Virus record (IMG/VR): IMGVR_UViG_3300035544_000169
Strand: one strand, 5' to 3'
Origin: a virus
Lineage: Duplodnaviria > Heunggongvirae > Uroviricota > Caudoviricetes
Length of the DNA stretch: 64,000 nt
Part shown: piece after piece, positions 8,996 to 18,550 of the stretch
Layout of the letters: every line of letters begins with the position of its first letter
Position numbering within the stretch: position 1 is the stretch's first letter
Translations under genes and position numbers: made by a program
The notes under the pieces: model-generated
Database searches by the model: none
The model's input: only the letters and a program-made list of their open reading frames with translations
What the model was told of the DNA's origin: nothing

Positions 8996-9286
8996 ATGAA
9001 ATATGTTGTAGATATAGATGGAACTATATGTACACAAGAGAAAAACTATCATGATGCTAAGCCAAAAAAAGAAAAAATAAAAATGTTTAACAGATTATAT
9101 GATGAAGGAAATACTATATGGTACTTCACAGCTAGAGGTACTGAAACTGAAATTGACTGGCGTTTTGTCACAGAAAAGCAGTTTGAGGACTGGGGTGTGA
9201 GGTACCATAAATTATTATTTAAAAAACCCTCTGCCGATGTTTATGTAGGAGATAGAATGGTTAATATAGAAAATTTTGAAATTTAA
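8996..9286 (+). CDS. Small HAD-like phosphatase-fold protein (DxDGT motif), paralogue of ORF 30450
   Basis: VVDIDGTIC (HAD motif I), ...WYFTARG..., YVGDR. It shares the pattern with 30450..30845. Confidence 0.45.
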   Translation: MKYVVDIDGTICTQEKNYHDAKPKKEKIKMFNRLYDEGNTIWYFTARGTETEIDWRFVTEKQFEDWGVRYHKLLFKKPSADVYVGDRMVNIENFEI

Positions 9287-9329
9287 TTTTTTAAAGGGGG
9301 GCAAACTTCAAAAATAGAGAGGTGAAATA

Positions 9330-10664
9330 ATGGCATATGTTATAAAAAACTTAAAGATAACATGGGATTGGTCAGGAGACATATATGCTGTTCTTGGATT
9401 TAATGTAGCAATAACACCTGTTGGAGTTGAGCCTACTGATGAGATTGTTGTATTAGCTCAAACCGGTAAGGAAAAATTTGAGCATACATTCAGGCAGATT
9501 ACACTAAAAGACGGCATTGAATATACGGCATGGGTTCAGGCTATCTATGAAAATAAAGATAGTCAGTGGATAAGCGTCAGCGGGTTTATAGCCAATGATG
9601 ACGGCACAGCTACTATAACAACTAAAGACCAGCACGACGCTCTTTTAGATGAAACTGTTAATTACAGAACAAAAGGGTCTCCAACTAATGAGCCAACACC
9701 GACCAATATAGTTGTTAATGAAAACAGCAACGGCTCTCTAGATATTAGAGTCGAGTGGGCACCATATAGTCAGGGGACAAGAAAAGCAGATATGCTTATT
9801 CTTTTCTGGAAAAAGGGTGATACTTCAGGTCTTGGAGTGCCTACAACAGAAGACAGCAATGTTAGCTTTAGTGTAAACGAAAGCAATAGTGCGTACTACT
9901 TATTAGAAGGACTTGCTCCTAATACATTTTATAGATTTGGTATAGCAGCAGCAAGAAGAACAGAAAACGGATTAGAGATTGGCAATATAGTAAGTCCTGC
10001 AAGTTGGACAGATGTTGATGTTGGTGATGCAACCATCAATCACGACAATGTTAATGGTTCAGCTGGTGGAGGAACATTCCTTTTAGACGAAAACGGTATT
10101 AGACATACAAGCGGTAGCTTTAGTATAGACCCCGACGGAAACGCCCATTTTGAAGGCGAGATAGTAATTGGAGGTACAGCAACTTCAACCAATGACTTAG
10201 AAACACAATCAGGGGCACAAAGCAAAGCTGATTCTGCTGAAGAAAACGCTAAATCTTATTCAGAAAATGCTGTTGGTGCTGTTGAAAATTGGACTTCTGA
10301 TACAACAAATTACACAACTATTTCTGGTGGAGTAGTAAGGACAGGGCAGATTCAGTCAGAAAATTATGAACCACAAACAAAAGGAGCTCAGGTTGACCTA
10401 GATAGCGGCATTATAGATTTCGGAGGAAGATTATACTACGAACCAAACTTAGGATTACTTGTAAACGGAACCATTTATGCAGAAGATGGGTACATATCTG
10501 ATGGTGTTACAGTAGGAGCAGAAGGTAAATCGATACTCGAAACAATAAACGAATCAACGAAAAAAAAGGTAAATGTAAAACCCGAAGGTGGTAAGTTGTG
10601 GCATTTTGACAAGCACTTCACATCCACCCAGGGAGAAATGATTACAATAATAAAACCAGTTTAA
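9330..10664 (+). CDS. Tail fibre paralogue 3 (shared N-terminal anchor; FN3/Ig-like middle; ends at the HFDKHFTSTQG motif with no lectin module)
   Basis: N-terminus ITWDWSGDIYAVLGFNVAITP...WVQAIYENKDSQW...DDGTATI. The block TSTNDLETQSGAQSKADSAEENAKSYSENAVG is shared with ORF 15359. The protein terminates 8 aa after LWHFDKHFTSTQG. Confidence 0.7.
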   Translation: MAYVIKNLKITWDWSGDIYAVLGFNVAITPVGVEPTDEIVVLAQTGKEKFEHTFRQITLKDGIEYTAWVQAIYENKDSQWISVSGFIANDDGTATITTKDQHDALLDETVNYRTKGSPTNEPTPTNIVVNENSNGSLDIRVEWAPYSQGTRKADMLILFWKKGDTSGLGVPTTEDSNVSFSVNESNSAYYLLEGLAPNTFYRFGIAAARRTENGLEIGNIVSPASWTDVDVGDATINHDNVNGSAGGGTFLLDENGIRHTSGSFSIDPDGNAHFEGEIVIGGTATSTNDLETQSGAQSKADSAEENAKSYSENAVGAVENWTSDTTNYTTISGGVVRTGQIQSENYEPQTKGAQVDLDSGIIDFGGRLYYEPNLGLLVNGTIYAEDGYISDGVTVGAEGKSILETINESTKKKVNVKPEGGKLWHFDKHFTSTQGEMITIIKPV

Positions 10665-10667
10665 GGA

Positions 10668-11075
10668 GTGAATATAATGGCATTACATTTTTATCATGAT
10701 GCAGCAGGTACTCAAGAGATAACAGAAGCAGATGTAGACCATGAAAGACTTGCTGATGTTGTAGGCAGCACTATTATATCAGAAACACAAATTTATATAG
10801 GTTCAGATGACCCTAATTTAACATACGAAAATATAGTTGTCAGCACAGTAAATGATTTTGACCATACATCAAACGCAGGAGAGATTGACATAGAATATGC
10901 TTTAGACAGTAATGGAAGTCCAGGTACATACAATCAGGTTTTAAATGTTCCAAATAATGATTTTGACCCACCTGTACCTATCTGGAGGAAGATGACAGCA
11001 CCAAATATAACAACCGCCTTTACAATAAGTAATATAGAACATCACATAGAAAATTATGACGAATATGTTAAGTAA
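10668..11075 (+). CDS. Hypothetical acidic protein (structural-module accessory)
   Basis: ORF of 135 aa with an RBS GGAGTG, D/E-rich. It starts 3 nt after fibre 3. No recognisable motif. Confidence 0.4.
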   Translation: MNIMALHFYHDAAGTQEITEADVDHERLADVVGSTIISETQIYIGSDDPNLTYENIVVSTVNDFDHTSNAGEIDIEYALDSNGSPGTYNQVLNVPNNDFDPPVPIWRKMTAPNITTAFTISNIEHHIENYDEYVK

Positions 11076-11233
11076 TTAGTTTAGTAATATTTATAATACT
11101 TAACAACAGAAGGGAGGTTTTAGTTTTATCATTAGACTACAGTATTGAGACTGGTATTACACTAATGACTCACTCTCTGTTTATTCTAGCAGCAAATACG
11201 AGATTGGAGAAACAAAAAGCATAAATATTATTA

Positions 11234-11524
11234 GTGATTATGAAAGTCTGCTCGCAAACCTCGAGGGCTTGCCCCGAGGAGCGTCAAGGAAGAATATATG
11301 TTGATAAGGAGTTAATAGAAACTAATATAAGTTGGTTTGAATTTAACGAAACAGATAAAACAGTAACGATTAAAAATGAGGCGATTGATATCGATGAACT
11401 AATAGCGATACCATTTATGATAACAGATGAAGACCTTGATAGGTATTACAACTCAACATTTTACGACCCTGACGAAAAAGAAAAAATAAACAAACCAGAC
11501 AATATAACAATGATAGAACTATAA
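11234..11524 (+). CDS. Small protein or gene fragment duplicating the C-terminal module of fibre ORF 11544 (start uncertain)
   Basis: ...EAIDIDELIAIPFMITDEDLDRYYNSTFYDPDEKEKIN matches the C-terminus ...SGAIDIDELLVFPQIIDQKQIDRIGGSPFYDPNRSVKID of ORF 11544. The annotated N-terminus overlaps a GC-rich hairpin and lacks a convincing RBS. Confidence 0.3.
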   Translation: MIMKVCSQTSRACPEERQGRIYVDKELIETNISWFEFNETDKTVTIKNEAIDIDELIAIPFMITDEDLDRYYNSTFYDPDEKEKINKPDNITMIEL

Positions 11525-11543
11525 AAAGAAAGGAGGTTTTAAC

Positions 11544-14500
11544 TTGGCTTTAAATTACGATATAACAAGTAGAGACTGGGATAATACAGATGTGAATGTA
11601 AACATAACAGACCCTGATGGATTTAATGGGATAATAGATGTTGACAATGATAATGCTAGTTTTTCAGAAGGAACTCTGACTGATGTAGAGGTAGTTAATG
11701 ATAATTTGCAGTTAAAACAATTTGACTATTTTAGTGGGTATGAAGATAGTAAAAATTTAGAAGGAAGGTCTAGTGATATATCTCCTACCACTGATATTTC
11801 TACCTATAAAGAGGGTTTAGGGAGAAATGGAGGAACAAGTATTGCTGTTGAGCCTAGCACTACAAATTTAATAGACCCTACTTCAATTAGAGGAACCCGT
11901 AACATTTCACTTAATTATATAGGAATAGAAAGTGGTTATTATAAATATGGAATAAGTGGGACTTGGAGTAGTGGTACTTACCCATATTGTATGGCGTTGC
12001 CTTCTGTAAGTTTTACAGGAGGAGTTAGGTATAGTGCCTTTATACAGTATTACACAAATGTACCAGAAAAGTTTAACCATAAAATTGACGCTATAAAATA
12101 TGTAAATGAACCACTAGATTATGGAGAAAGGAATTTTACAACTGATTTACCTAATGGGGATAGATTAGTACAAGCTATGGGTTTTGCATATACCTCAACC
12201 ACAATTCAAAATGGGTATTTGAATATGCGACCAGTTTCTGATGGCACTTCATTTAACCCTGATACAGACTTTATATATTTCAAGAAAGCACAAATTGAAG
12301 AAAGAGCTTTTTGTACATCATTTGTAGATGGTAGTAGAAGCAGTGGACAATTAAAGTATCCTATAACAATACCAAAAGATAACTTCACTATTAATTTATG
12401 GGCTAAATGGGATTGGGACACTTCACTATTACCGGATAGAACAGTTAGACTACTCCAAATTAATGACTATTATGTGAATAATTCAATAACAATTATGAGG
12501 TGGAAGACTGACCCTTCTCTAGGAACTTGGCAGAAGGATAGTAGTGGAGTATGGGAAACCCAAGACATTTGCGATATAGATAATAATTCTTTCCAATGGA
12601 ATATGATTACTATAAAAAAAGATGGTAATGAGCTTAGTTTTTATCATAATGGTAGTTTATCATCAACTAGGATTTTATCTAATGATTTCGATACAGATAT
12701 ACCATATTTAGCATTAGGGTATTATGGTGTCTCTAATGAAACAGGTTTTATTTATGATGAATTAATGATAGAGAAAAAAGCTATAAGCGATAGTCAAATA
12801 CAGAAAATATATAATCAACAACTACCTGCTAAAAGAATGGACAATGGAACACGCCAAGCCCCTCAACTAGACTTATCAGCAGTTAATGATGTAGCAAGTA
12901 GTAGTATTAGTTGGAAATATTATCCTTATCAAGCTAACTTTGATATAATAAATTTAACTGATGAATGGATAATAGAATTGGGTAATCCATCTTTAAGCAC
13001 AACATCAGAGGACGGCAATAAGTCTGTTTATTTTCCAGGTGATGGCGCTTATCACAGAATAAAAAGTAATTATAGATTTAATGTTGAAGAAGGAGAAGAA
13101 TATAAATGTAGAATAAGAGCAAAAGGTGATGCAGGAACTTCAAGCATGTATGTTGGTCTTACTGCTAATAACAATCAAAATTATCGATACTTTTCAAATA
13201 TGAGTTATGTTAATGTAGGAGAAAGTTGGACTACTTATGAAGGAAGATTAACTATTCCTGCTGGTATAACAGAGGTAGGAATTTGGATATTCAATTATGT
13301 AAATAACACAGGTGCATTATGGGTTGATGATATTACTATCACTAAAACATCTGTAGTAAACTCTGTAGATGAAAATTTATTAACTACTATCAAAACCTCC
13401 ATTGACAACGGCTCAACCTGGCAGACAGCAACTAATGGTGGTGCTATACCTAACCTACCTGCTAATCCAACTACTCTTGATGTAAGGCAAACTCTTGATA
13501 CTAATGACACTACTTTGACCCCTGTATTAGAGAGTTTAGAGGTACAAATAGAAACTCCAATAAAATATAAGTGGAGCTTAGATACTACTAATCCTAACAC
13601 TTGGGAAACATTTACCTCTAACCCCTTGACTCAATCACAGGATGGTCAATGGTACTTATATACTAAAGCTTTTAACTCAGACAACCAAGTAGTGATAGAC
13701 AGACAAGGGACTTATGATATAGATAAGACACAACCTGATGTACCTAATGTTAATTTAATCAATAATACTTCTCACTCATTCAGTTTAGAGTGGACTAATA
13801 GCGATAGCTTATCAGGAGTAGATTATGTAGAACTATATACTGAAGAAAGTGACGGCAGTTTAAATTATGTGGCTGATATAGATATTGATGGAGATTCTAA
13901 CACAGAACCTTCTATACAGCTTTCAAATACTGATACAAGCTATACTGTTGATGGTTTAAGTGAATATACTAATTATAGATATAAGGTAAGAGTATTTGAT
14001 AAGGCAGGAAACTTCAGTGAAGATACTTATGCTGAGATGATAACTGATGATATTACAGAACCAATTGTTGGTTATAGTTTGAATTCAAGAGATTGGTTAA
14101 ATACAAATGTAGATGAGGTAATTAATGTTGATGACCAGGCTGGTTCTGGTGTAGCAGAGGCATGGTATAAGTGGACAAACTCAGCTGTTCAACCTACTGA
14201 TGGATGGATTGTAATGGGTACAACTACTAATTTTGCTACCTCTCAATCACAAGAAGGTGAATGGTATTTACACATCAAGGCAACTGATAATTACAATAAC
14301 ACAGCCTATGATTATTCAGGGCCATATAAGATAGACAAAACAGCACCAGTAATCAACTCAACCAACATAACAATTGATTCACCAACTGGGGTCTATGACA
14401 CCTATACAGCCACAATAGAGTGGTTCATAGAAGACCAGCAAGACTTATCCGGTGTTGACAGAACAGAGATAGGGTTTTACGTAGATGGTATTTGGCACTA

Positions 14501-15359
14501 CGATGAAAACACACTTCCTGATGGTATAACAACAAATACTGATATGGATAATATAACAGGTGGTGGGAGTAAAACAGCAATTTTTAGCAATGTACCTAGA
14601 GAGATAGATATAGCTGCAAGCTTTAATGGTTATGATATAGCAACAAATGAAACTGGAGAGCAACAAATTAGTTCTATATTTACCCCAAGAATATATGCTA
14701 GTCATACTTTAACGGGATTAAGCGACTATGAAATGGGAATAAACTCAGATTATAAATCTGAAACAAAATACGAAACTGGTATAAACAAAAATTACCAGTC
14801 GCCAAGTTCTCAGATAATAGATGTTTTATCAAAGTCATACGATTCTCCTACACTCTACGAAATAGGTAAAAGAACAAATTATAAATCACAAACATTATAT
14901 GAAGCAGGCATAAACAAAACAGAAGGTCCGGCACCTTCACTACAGGATATCTTGGTATTGTATGACGAACCTATCTTAGTAAGCGGTAAATTCTCGCAAG
15001 GCATAAGGCTAGGTCTATCAGACTTAGAAATTGATATCAGCGATTTTACTGAATGGACAATGCATGTATTTAGAAGAGGTATAGACGATAGTGAGTTTAG
15101 AACAATATTTATCAACTCAGATGGAGAGGTCTATGTTGATAACGAAATAAACAATAAGTATGATGTCAGCTGGTTTGAGAGCACAAACGACAAAATAACT
15201 ATTAAAAGTGGAGCTATTGATATAGATGAGCTTTTAGTTTTTCCACAGATAATAGACCAAAAACAAATTGACAGAATAGGAGGGTCTCCGTTTTATGACC
15301 CTAACAGAAGTGTAAAAATTGATATGCCGGATTCAGTCGATATGGAGGTAATGCAATAA
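11544..15359 (+). CDS. Large tail fibre / host-recognition protein (1271 aa; lectin-like, FN3-like and short tandem repeat modules), TTG start
   Basis: The RBS AAAGGAGG precedes the TTG start. Modules are shared with ORF 3113. FN3-like segments are present (SFSLEWTNSDSLSGVDYVELY; AWYKWTN...). Internal repeats YKSETKYETGINKNYQSPS / TLYEIGKRTNYKSQTLYEAGINKTEG. The C-terminal module is shared with ORF 11234. Confidence 0.7.
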   Translation: MALNYDITSRDWDNTDVNVNITDPDGFNGIIDVDNDNASFSEGTLTDVEVVNDNLQLKQFDYFSGYEDSKNLEGRSSDISPTTDISTYKEGLGRNGGTSIAVEPSTTNLIDPTSIRGTRNISLNYIGIESGYYKYGISGTWSSGTYPYCMALPSVSFTGGVRYSAFIQYYTNVPEKFNHKIDAIKYVNEPLDYGERNFTTDLPNGDRLVQAMGFAYTSTTIQNGYLNMRPVSDGTSFNPDTDFIYFKKAQIEERAFCTSFVDGSRSSGQLKYPITIPKDNFTINLWAKWDWDTSLLPDRTVRLLQINDYYVNNSITIMRWKTDPSLGTWQKDSSGVWETQDICDIDNNSFQWNMITIKKDGNELSFYHNGSLSSTRILSNDFDTDIPYLALGYYGVSNETGFIYDELMIEKKAISDSQIQKIYNQQLPAKRMDNGTRQAPQLDLSAVNDVASSSISWKYYPYQANFDIINLTDEWIIELGNPSLSTTSEDGNKSVYFPGDGAYHRIKSNYRFNVEEGEEYKCRIRAKGDAGTSSMYVGLTANNNQNYRYFSNMSYVNVGESWTTYEGRLTIPAGITEVGIWIFNYVNNTGALWVDDITITKTSVVNSVDENLLTTIKTSIDNGSTWQTATNGGAIPNLPANPTTLDVRQTLDTNDTTLTPVLESLEVQIETPIKYKWSLDTTNPNTWETFTSNPLTQSQDGQWYLYTKAFNSDNQVVIDRQGTYDIDKTQPDVPNVNLINNTSHSFSLEWTNSDSLSGVDYVELYTEESDGSLNYVADIDIDGDSNTEPSIQLSNTDTSYTVDGLSEYTNYRYKVRVFDKAGNFSEDTYAEMITDDITEPIVGYSLNSRDWLNTNVDEVINVDDQAGSGVAEAWYKWTNSAVQPTDGWIVMGTTTNFATSQSQEGEWYLHIKATDNYNNTAYDYSGPYKIDKTAPVINSTNITIDSPTGVYDTYTATIEWFIEDQQDLSGVDRTEIGFYVDGIWHYDENTLPDGITTNTDMDNITGGGSKTAIFSNVPREIDIAASFNGYDIATNETGEQQISSIFTPRIYASHTLTGLSDYEMGINSDYKSETKYETGINKNYQSPSSQIIDVLSKSYDSPTLYEIGKRTNYKSQTLYEAGINKTEGPAPSLQDILVLYDEPILVSGKFSQGIRLGLSDLEIDISDFTEWTMHVFRRGIDDSEFRTIFINSDGEVYVDNEINNKYDVSWFESTNDKITIKSGAIDIDELLVFPQIIDQKQIDRIGGSPFYDPNRSVKIDMPDSVDMEVMQ

Positions 15360-17182
15360 TGGCGAAGATACTTAAAGATATATATGTGTCTTGGACCTGG
15401 GAAGGAGACGAAATGTTACTTGAGGGGTTTAATGTAGCAATAGCCCCTCAAGGCTCTGACCCTAACACAGAGGCAATAATTATACAAAAAACAAGTTCAG
15501 AAAAAACAGATATATTAAATAGAGGTACAACTCAGTACGAGCATATTTTTAGAAATATAACATTAAATAAAGACACAAACTACATAGCATGGGTTCAGTC
15601 TCTAACTGATGGCTTTGATTCAGAATGGCTGTCAGCAACAGGTATCAACGTTTCTGATGATGGCAAAGCTACAATAGCTACTACTGATGCTGACGGCAAC
15701 CCAATAACTTCTTCTGGTGGAGATGTTACTATAGATTCAGCAGGTATAACTGTAGTAAATGGAGCTTTTAAACTAGTAAACTCTTCAGGCTCAATCACAA
15801 TAGATAACACTGGTATAACAGCAAATGATGGCTCTAAAGACACATTCAAAATAGATAGTAATGGTAACGCATCATTTAGTGGCTCAATAAATGTAGGCTC
15901 AAATATTGCTGGTGTTGACACAAGTGCTGAAGATTTAGAAACAGTAAGTGGTTCTACAAGTAAATCTACTACAGCAGAAACTAACGCCAAAAAATATGCT
16001 GATGATGAATCTAAATGGGTTAGCACTAATCACAGATTTGAAGCAGATATTGAGGGCCCTGGTTGGGTCAGGATAGCTTCAAATCCAGGAGACAGAGCTC
16101 ACGCAACCTTCAAAATAAGAGATACAGATGGAGGAAAACATAACTCATTAGAATTCAAATTAGGTTGTAGTTACAACCAAAGAGGCAATGCTGATTTTCA
16201 AATGGTATCTTTTTCTAGATATTCAATTCTTTCAATCTCAGGAGTTAGGTTGCTAACTAATGGAACTTACGACCCTATGTATGTTGAGGTTTTCTTTACT
16301 GGTGCTACAAGTGGTGTAAGATGTGAGATAACAGACAATATACAAAGTAATGGATGGAATCCTGTTGAGTTTGATAACGGAGTAATACCTGCCGGGTATG
16401 CATCTACAGAATGGGATGTTGATGTAAATAGTGTAACAATTGATGGTAGAGGTATAAGAACCACAGGTTCTGATGGAGATTACTCCATACTTTCAGATGA
16501 CTCCCTTTTATTTTACGAAAATGGTTCAAGCATACCACATGATTATTCTAAAAGAGTAGCGTCTGGCATAGCACAAAACGGTGATTATATAAGTTTGGGC
16601 TGGGATAAGGCCCCAAAAGTTACAACAGCTATAAAACAGTTAAGAAGTTATACTGGTTCTTACTCAAACAGAAACCAAACATATTCCTGTTACCACTCAG
16701 CTCCAAGTGCCAGTGGTTTTTATGTTTATGGTAGGTCAGTAGTTTTGGGTGGTACTACTAAAAACACAATAAACACAAATATTAGTGCATCATCAATTCG
16801 CTCAGGTTCCGAATGTTATGGTTATACTTATACTCCAGGAAGTGCTGACTGGGTTTGGCCAGGAAGTACTGTTAATGGTTCCACATATTTGAGAGTAAGA
16901 TTTAATGTTACATCATCATCTTCAAATAATGTGCTAAGGTTTTATTATAAAAGAACTACAAGTTCATCTTGGATTTACCATAAAGGATACACAAACCCTT
17001 CAACTGGTGTCAGGGATATTGCAATGGACTTGGCAGCGGGAGAATATCATTTTAGATTCAATATATCATGTTCAACAGGTAGTCTTTCTATTAACGTTGT
17101 TGAGTGCGAGTATAGAGCCAGTGACTTAAATATAGCAACTGGTGAGGTAATGTGGTTAGCAATAGAGGGAGGTTCAGATTAA
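15359..17182 (+). CDS. Tail fibre paralogue 4 (shared N-terminal anchor; C-terminal beta-rich domain)
   Basis: N-terminus VSWTWEGDEMLLEGFNVAIAPQGSDP...WVQSLTDGFDSEW...DDGKATI. The block DTSAEDLETVSGSTSKSTTAETNAKKYADDESKW is shared with ORF 9330. The start overlaps the stop of 11544 (TAATGG). Confidence 0.7.
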   Translation: MAKILKDIYVSWTWEGDEMLLEGFNVAIAPQGSDPNTEAIIIQKTSSEKTDILNRGTTQYEHIFRNITLNKDTNYIAWVQSLTDGFDSEWLSATGINVSDDGKATIATTDADGNPITSSGGDVTIDSAGITVVNGAFKLVNSSGSITIDNTGITANDGSKDTFKIDSNGNASFSGSINVGSNIAGVDTSAEDLETVSGSTSKSTTAETNAKKYADDESKWVSTNHRFEADIEGPGWVRIASNPGDRAHATFKIRDTDGGKHNSLEFKLGCSYNQRGNADFQMVSFSRYSILSISGVRLLTNGTYDPMYVEVFFTGATSGVRCEITDNIQSNGWNPVEFDNGVIPAGYASTEWDVDVNSVTIDGRGIRTTGSDGDYSILSDDSLLFYENGSSIPHDYSKRVASGIAQNGDYISLGWDKAPKVTTAIKQLRSYTGSYSNRNQTYSCYHSAPSASGFYVYGRSVVLGGTTKNTINTNISASSIRSGSECYGYTYTPGSADWVWPGSTVNGSTYLRVRFNVTSSSSNNVLRFYYKRTTSSSWIYHKGYTNPSTGVRDIAMDLAAGEYHFRFNISCSTGSLSINVVECEYRASDLNIATGEVMWLAIEGGSD

Positions 17183-17685
17183 TGCCAAGTAGAATTTTAT
17201 ATGACAAAAGGAATCTTGCAATTTTGAGATGTCAGGCTAAGCCTTATGGTAGCGCTCCACTTCCTGATTTTGAGAATCTATGTATGTCCGCTAGAGTACC
17301 ATTAGACCAGAAGGAATTTTTAGATAGTGTTGTTTATTATGATGAGTTAATAACAATTGATGCTCAAGAAAAATTAAGAATTGTTAAAATTGATGGATTT
17401 ACAGAAGTGAAAGAAAAGCCGGTAATTGAAATTGAATCTTCAATGGATGAGCTCGATTTAAGTCTAAATAATAATTTAACTATAAGTGTTACTATCAAAA
17501 ATACTTTAGAGGCTGTAGACAACTTTGAAAAAATAGAGCTAAAAGTAAATGATATTCCATTTCCTGTAAACGTATCAAATAATTATGGAGAGAAAAGTAT
17601 TGAAATAAATGAAGCTGGCTCTTATGTTTTTGGAGTTGTAGATGATAGATTTTCTGATAATGAAATAACAATCAACGCTTACTGA
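17182..17685 (+). CDS. Hypothetical protein (possible fibre assembly/chaperone), probable start MPSRILY overlapping the fibre stop
   Basis: ATG at 17182 overlaps the TAA of fibre ORF 15359 (TAATG), a typical coupled fibre-chaperone arrangement. No conserved motif recognised. Confidence 0.4.
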   Translation: MPSRILYDKRNLAILRCQAKPYGSAPLPDFENLCMSARVPLDQKEFLDSVVYYDELITIDAQEKLRIVKIDGFTEVKEKPVIEIESSMDELDLSLNNNLTISVTIKNTLEAVDNFEKIELKVNDIPFPVNVSNNYGEKSIEINEAGSYVFGVVDDRFSDNEITINAY

Positions 17686-17702
17686 TTATAGGGAGGTTAA
17701 AA

Positions 17703-18548
17703 ATGGAGCCAAATATTATTAGGCCTTTGTTCTTTGATGAAAAGATAAACGATTTCGTTTTTGCTAATATAGTAGGGCATGAGCATGGTAATTACTTATT
17801 GCAAAAAAACAAGATAAAGTACAGCAAAGAGGATATACATTACCTTTATAATACGCATATCTATAATAATATCAAAAATATACTTGATTTAGAATATTTT
17901 GAGTTTAGATGGCTTCACCCAAGAAAAATTCGTGTTAGGCATGACCAGACACAAAAATTTTGGGATGAATTTGTTGAGGACAAATATCTTATGGAAACTA
18001 TAAATAATAAAAAAAAATTAGGTTTAGATATACTAGAAAACGGAACATATTGGCCTCTTGTTATAGCAAACAGAATGCCTCATGATGAACTTTTTATATA
18101 CGAAGGTAATCACAGACTTTATTCTATACAACTCTTAGTTGATGAAGGAATCTGGCCTGAAGATAAGAAACTGTTATGCCTAGAAGTAAAACGAGATTAT
18201 TTTCCTTTAAAGTCAAGGAGAGATTTAGCAAAAGTCGAAAGAAAAATAAAGCAAGCAGTTCCTTTTGTGGTACTTTATGGTGACAGAAACAATACAGATG
18301 AAATAAAAAAGATATTGGAAGAAAAATATTTTAATATTGACAATGTTAAATTTTATGACGACAGAAAAATACTGCTCGAAATAGAGGCAAAATATTATGC
18401 TGATTTATTATTTTTTAATCAGGCAATACCACATTGGATGAGAGATATTTTGTGGGATTACAAAAATAGGACTGGCGAAATGATAAAGCCTCATAAAATA
18501 ATTAACGACGAAAAAGAATGGAATAATTTTGTAGAAGAGGTGAGTTAA
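17703..18548 (+). CDS. ParB/Sulfiredoxin-fold (ParB-like nuclease/NTP-binding domain) protein
   Basis: LHPRKIRVRHDQ ... WPLVIANRMPHDELFIYEGNHRLYSIQLL matches the ParB N-terminal-domain core (GxHR motif). An RBS GGGAGG lies upstream. Confidence 0.45.
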   Translation: MEPNIIRPLFFDEKINDFVFANIVGHEHGNYLLQKNKIKYSKEDIHYLYNTHIYNNIKNILDLEYFEFRWLHPRKIRVRHDQTQKFWDEFVEDKYLMETINNKKKLGLDILENGTYWPLVIANRMPHDELFIYEGNHRLYSIQLLVDEGIWPEDKKLLCLEVKRDYFPLKSRRDLAKVERKIKQAVPFVVLYGDRNNTDEIKKILEEKYFNIDNVKFYDDRKILLEIEAKYYADLLFFNQAIPHWMRDILWDYKNRTGEMIKPHKIINDEKEWNNFVEEVS

Positions 18549-18550
18549 TA

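Noticed and set aside
10668-11075. ORF 10668 as the detached lectin domain of fibre 3
   Set aside because: It lacks the LamG-like end signature (…NWY…PF) and shows no similarity to the lectin modules of ORFs 1..843, 865 or 3113.
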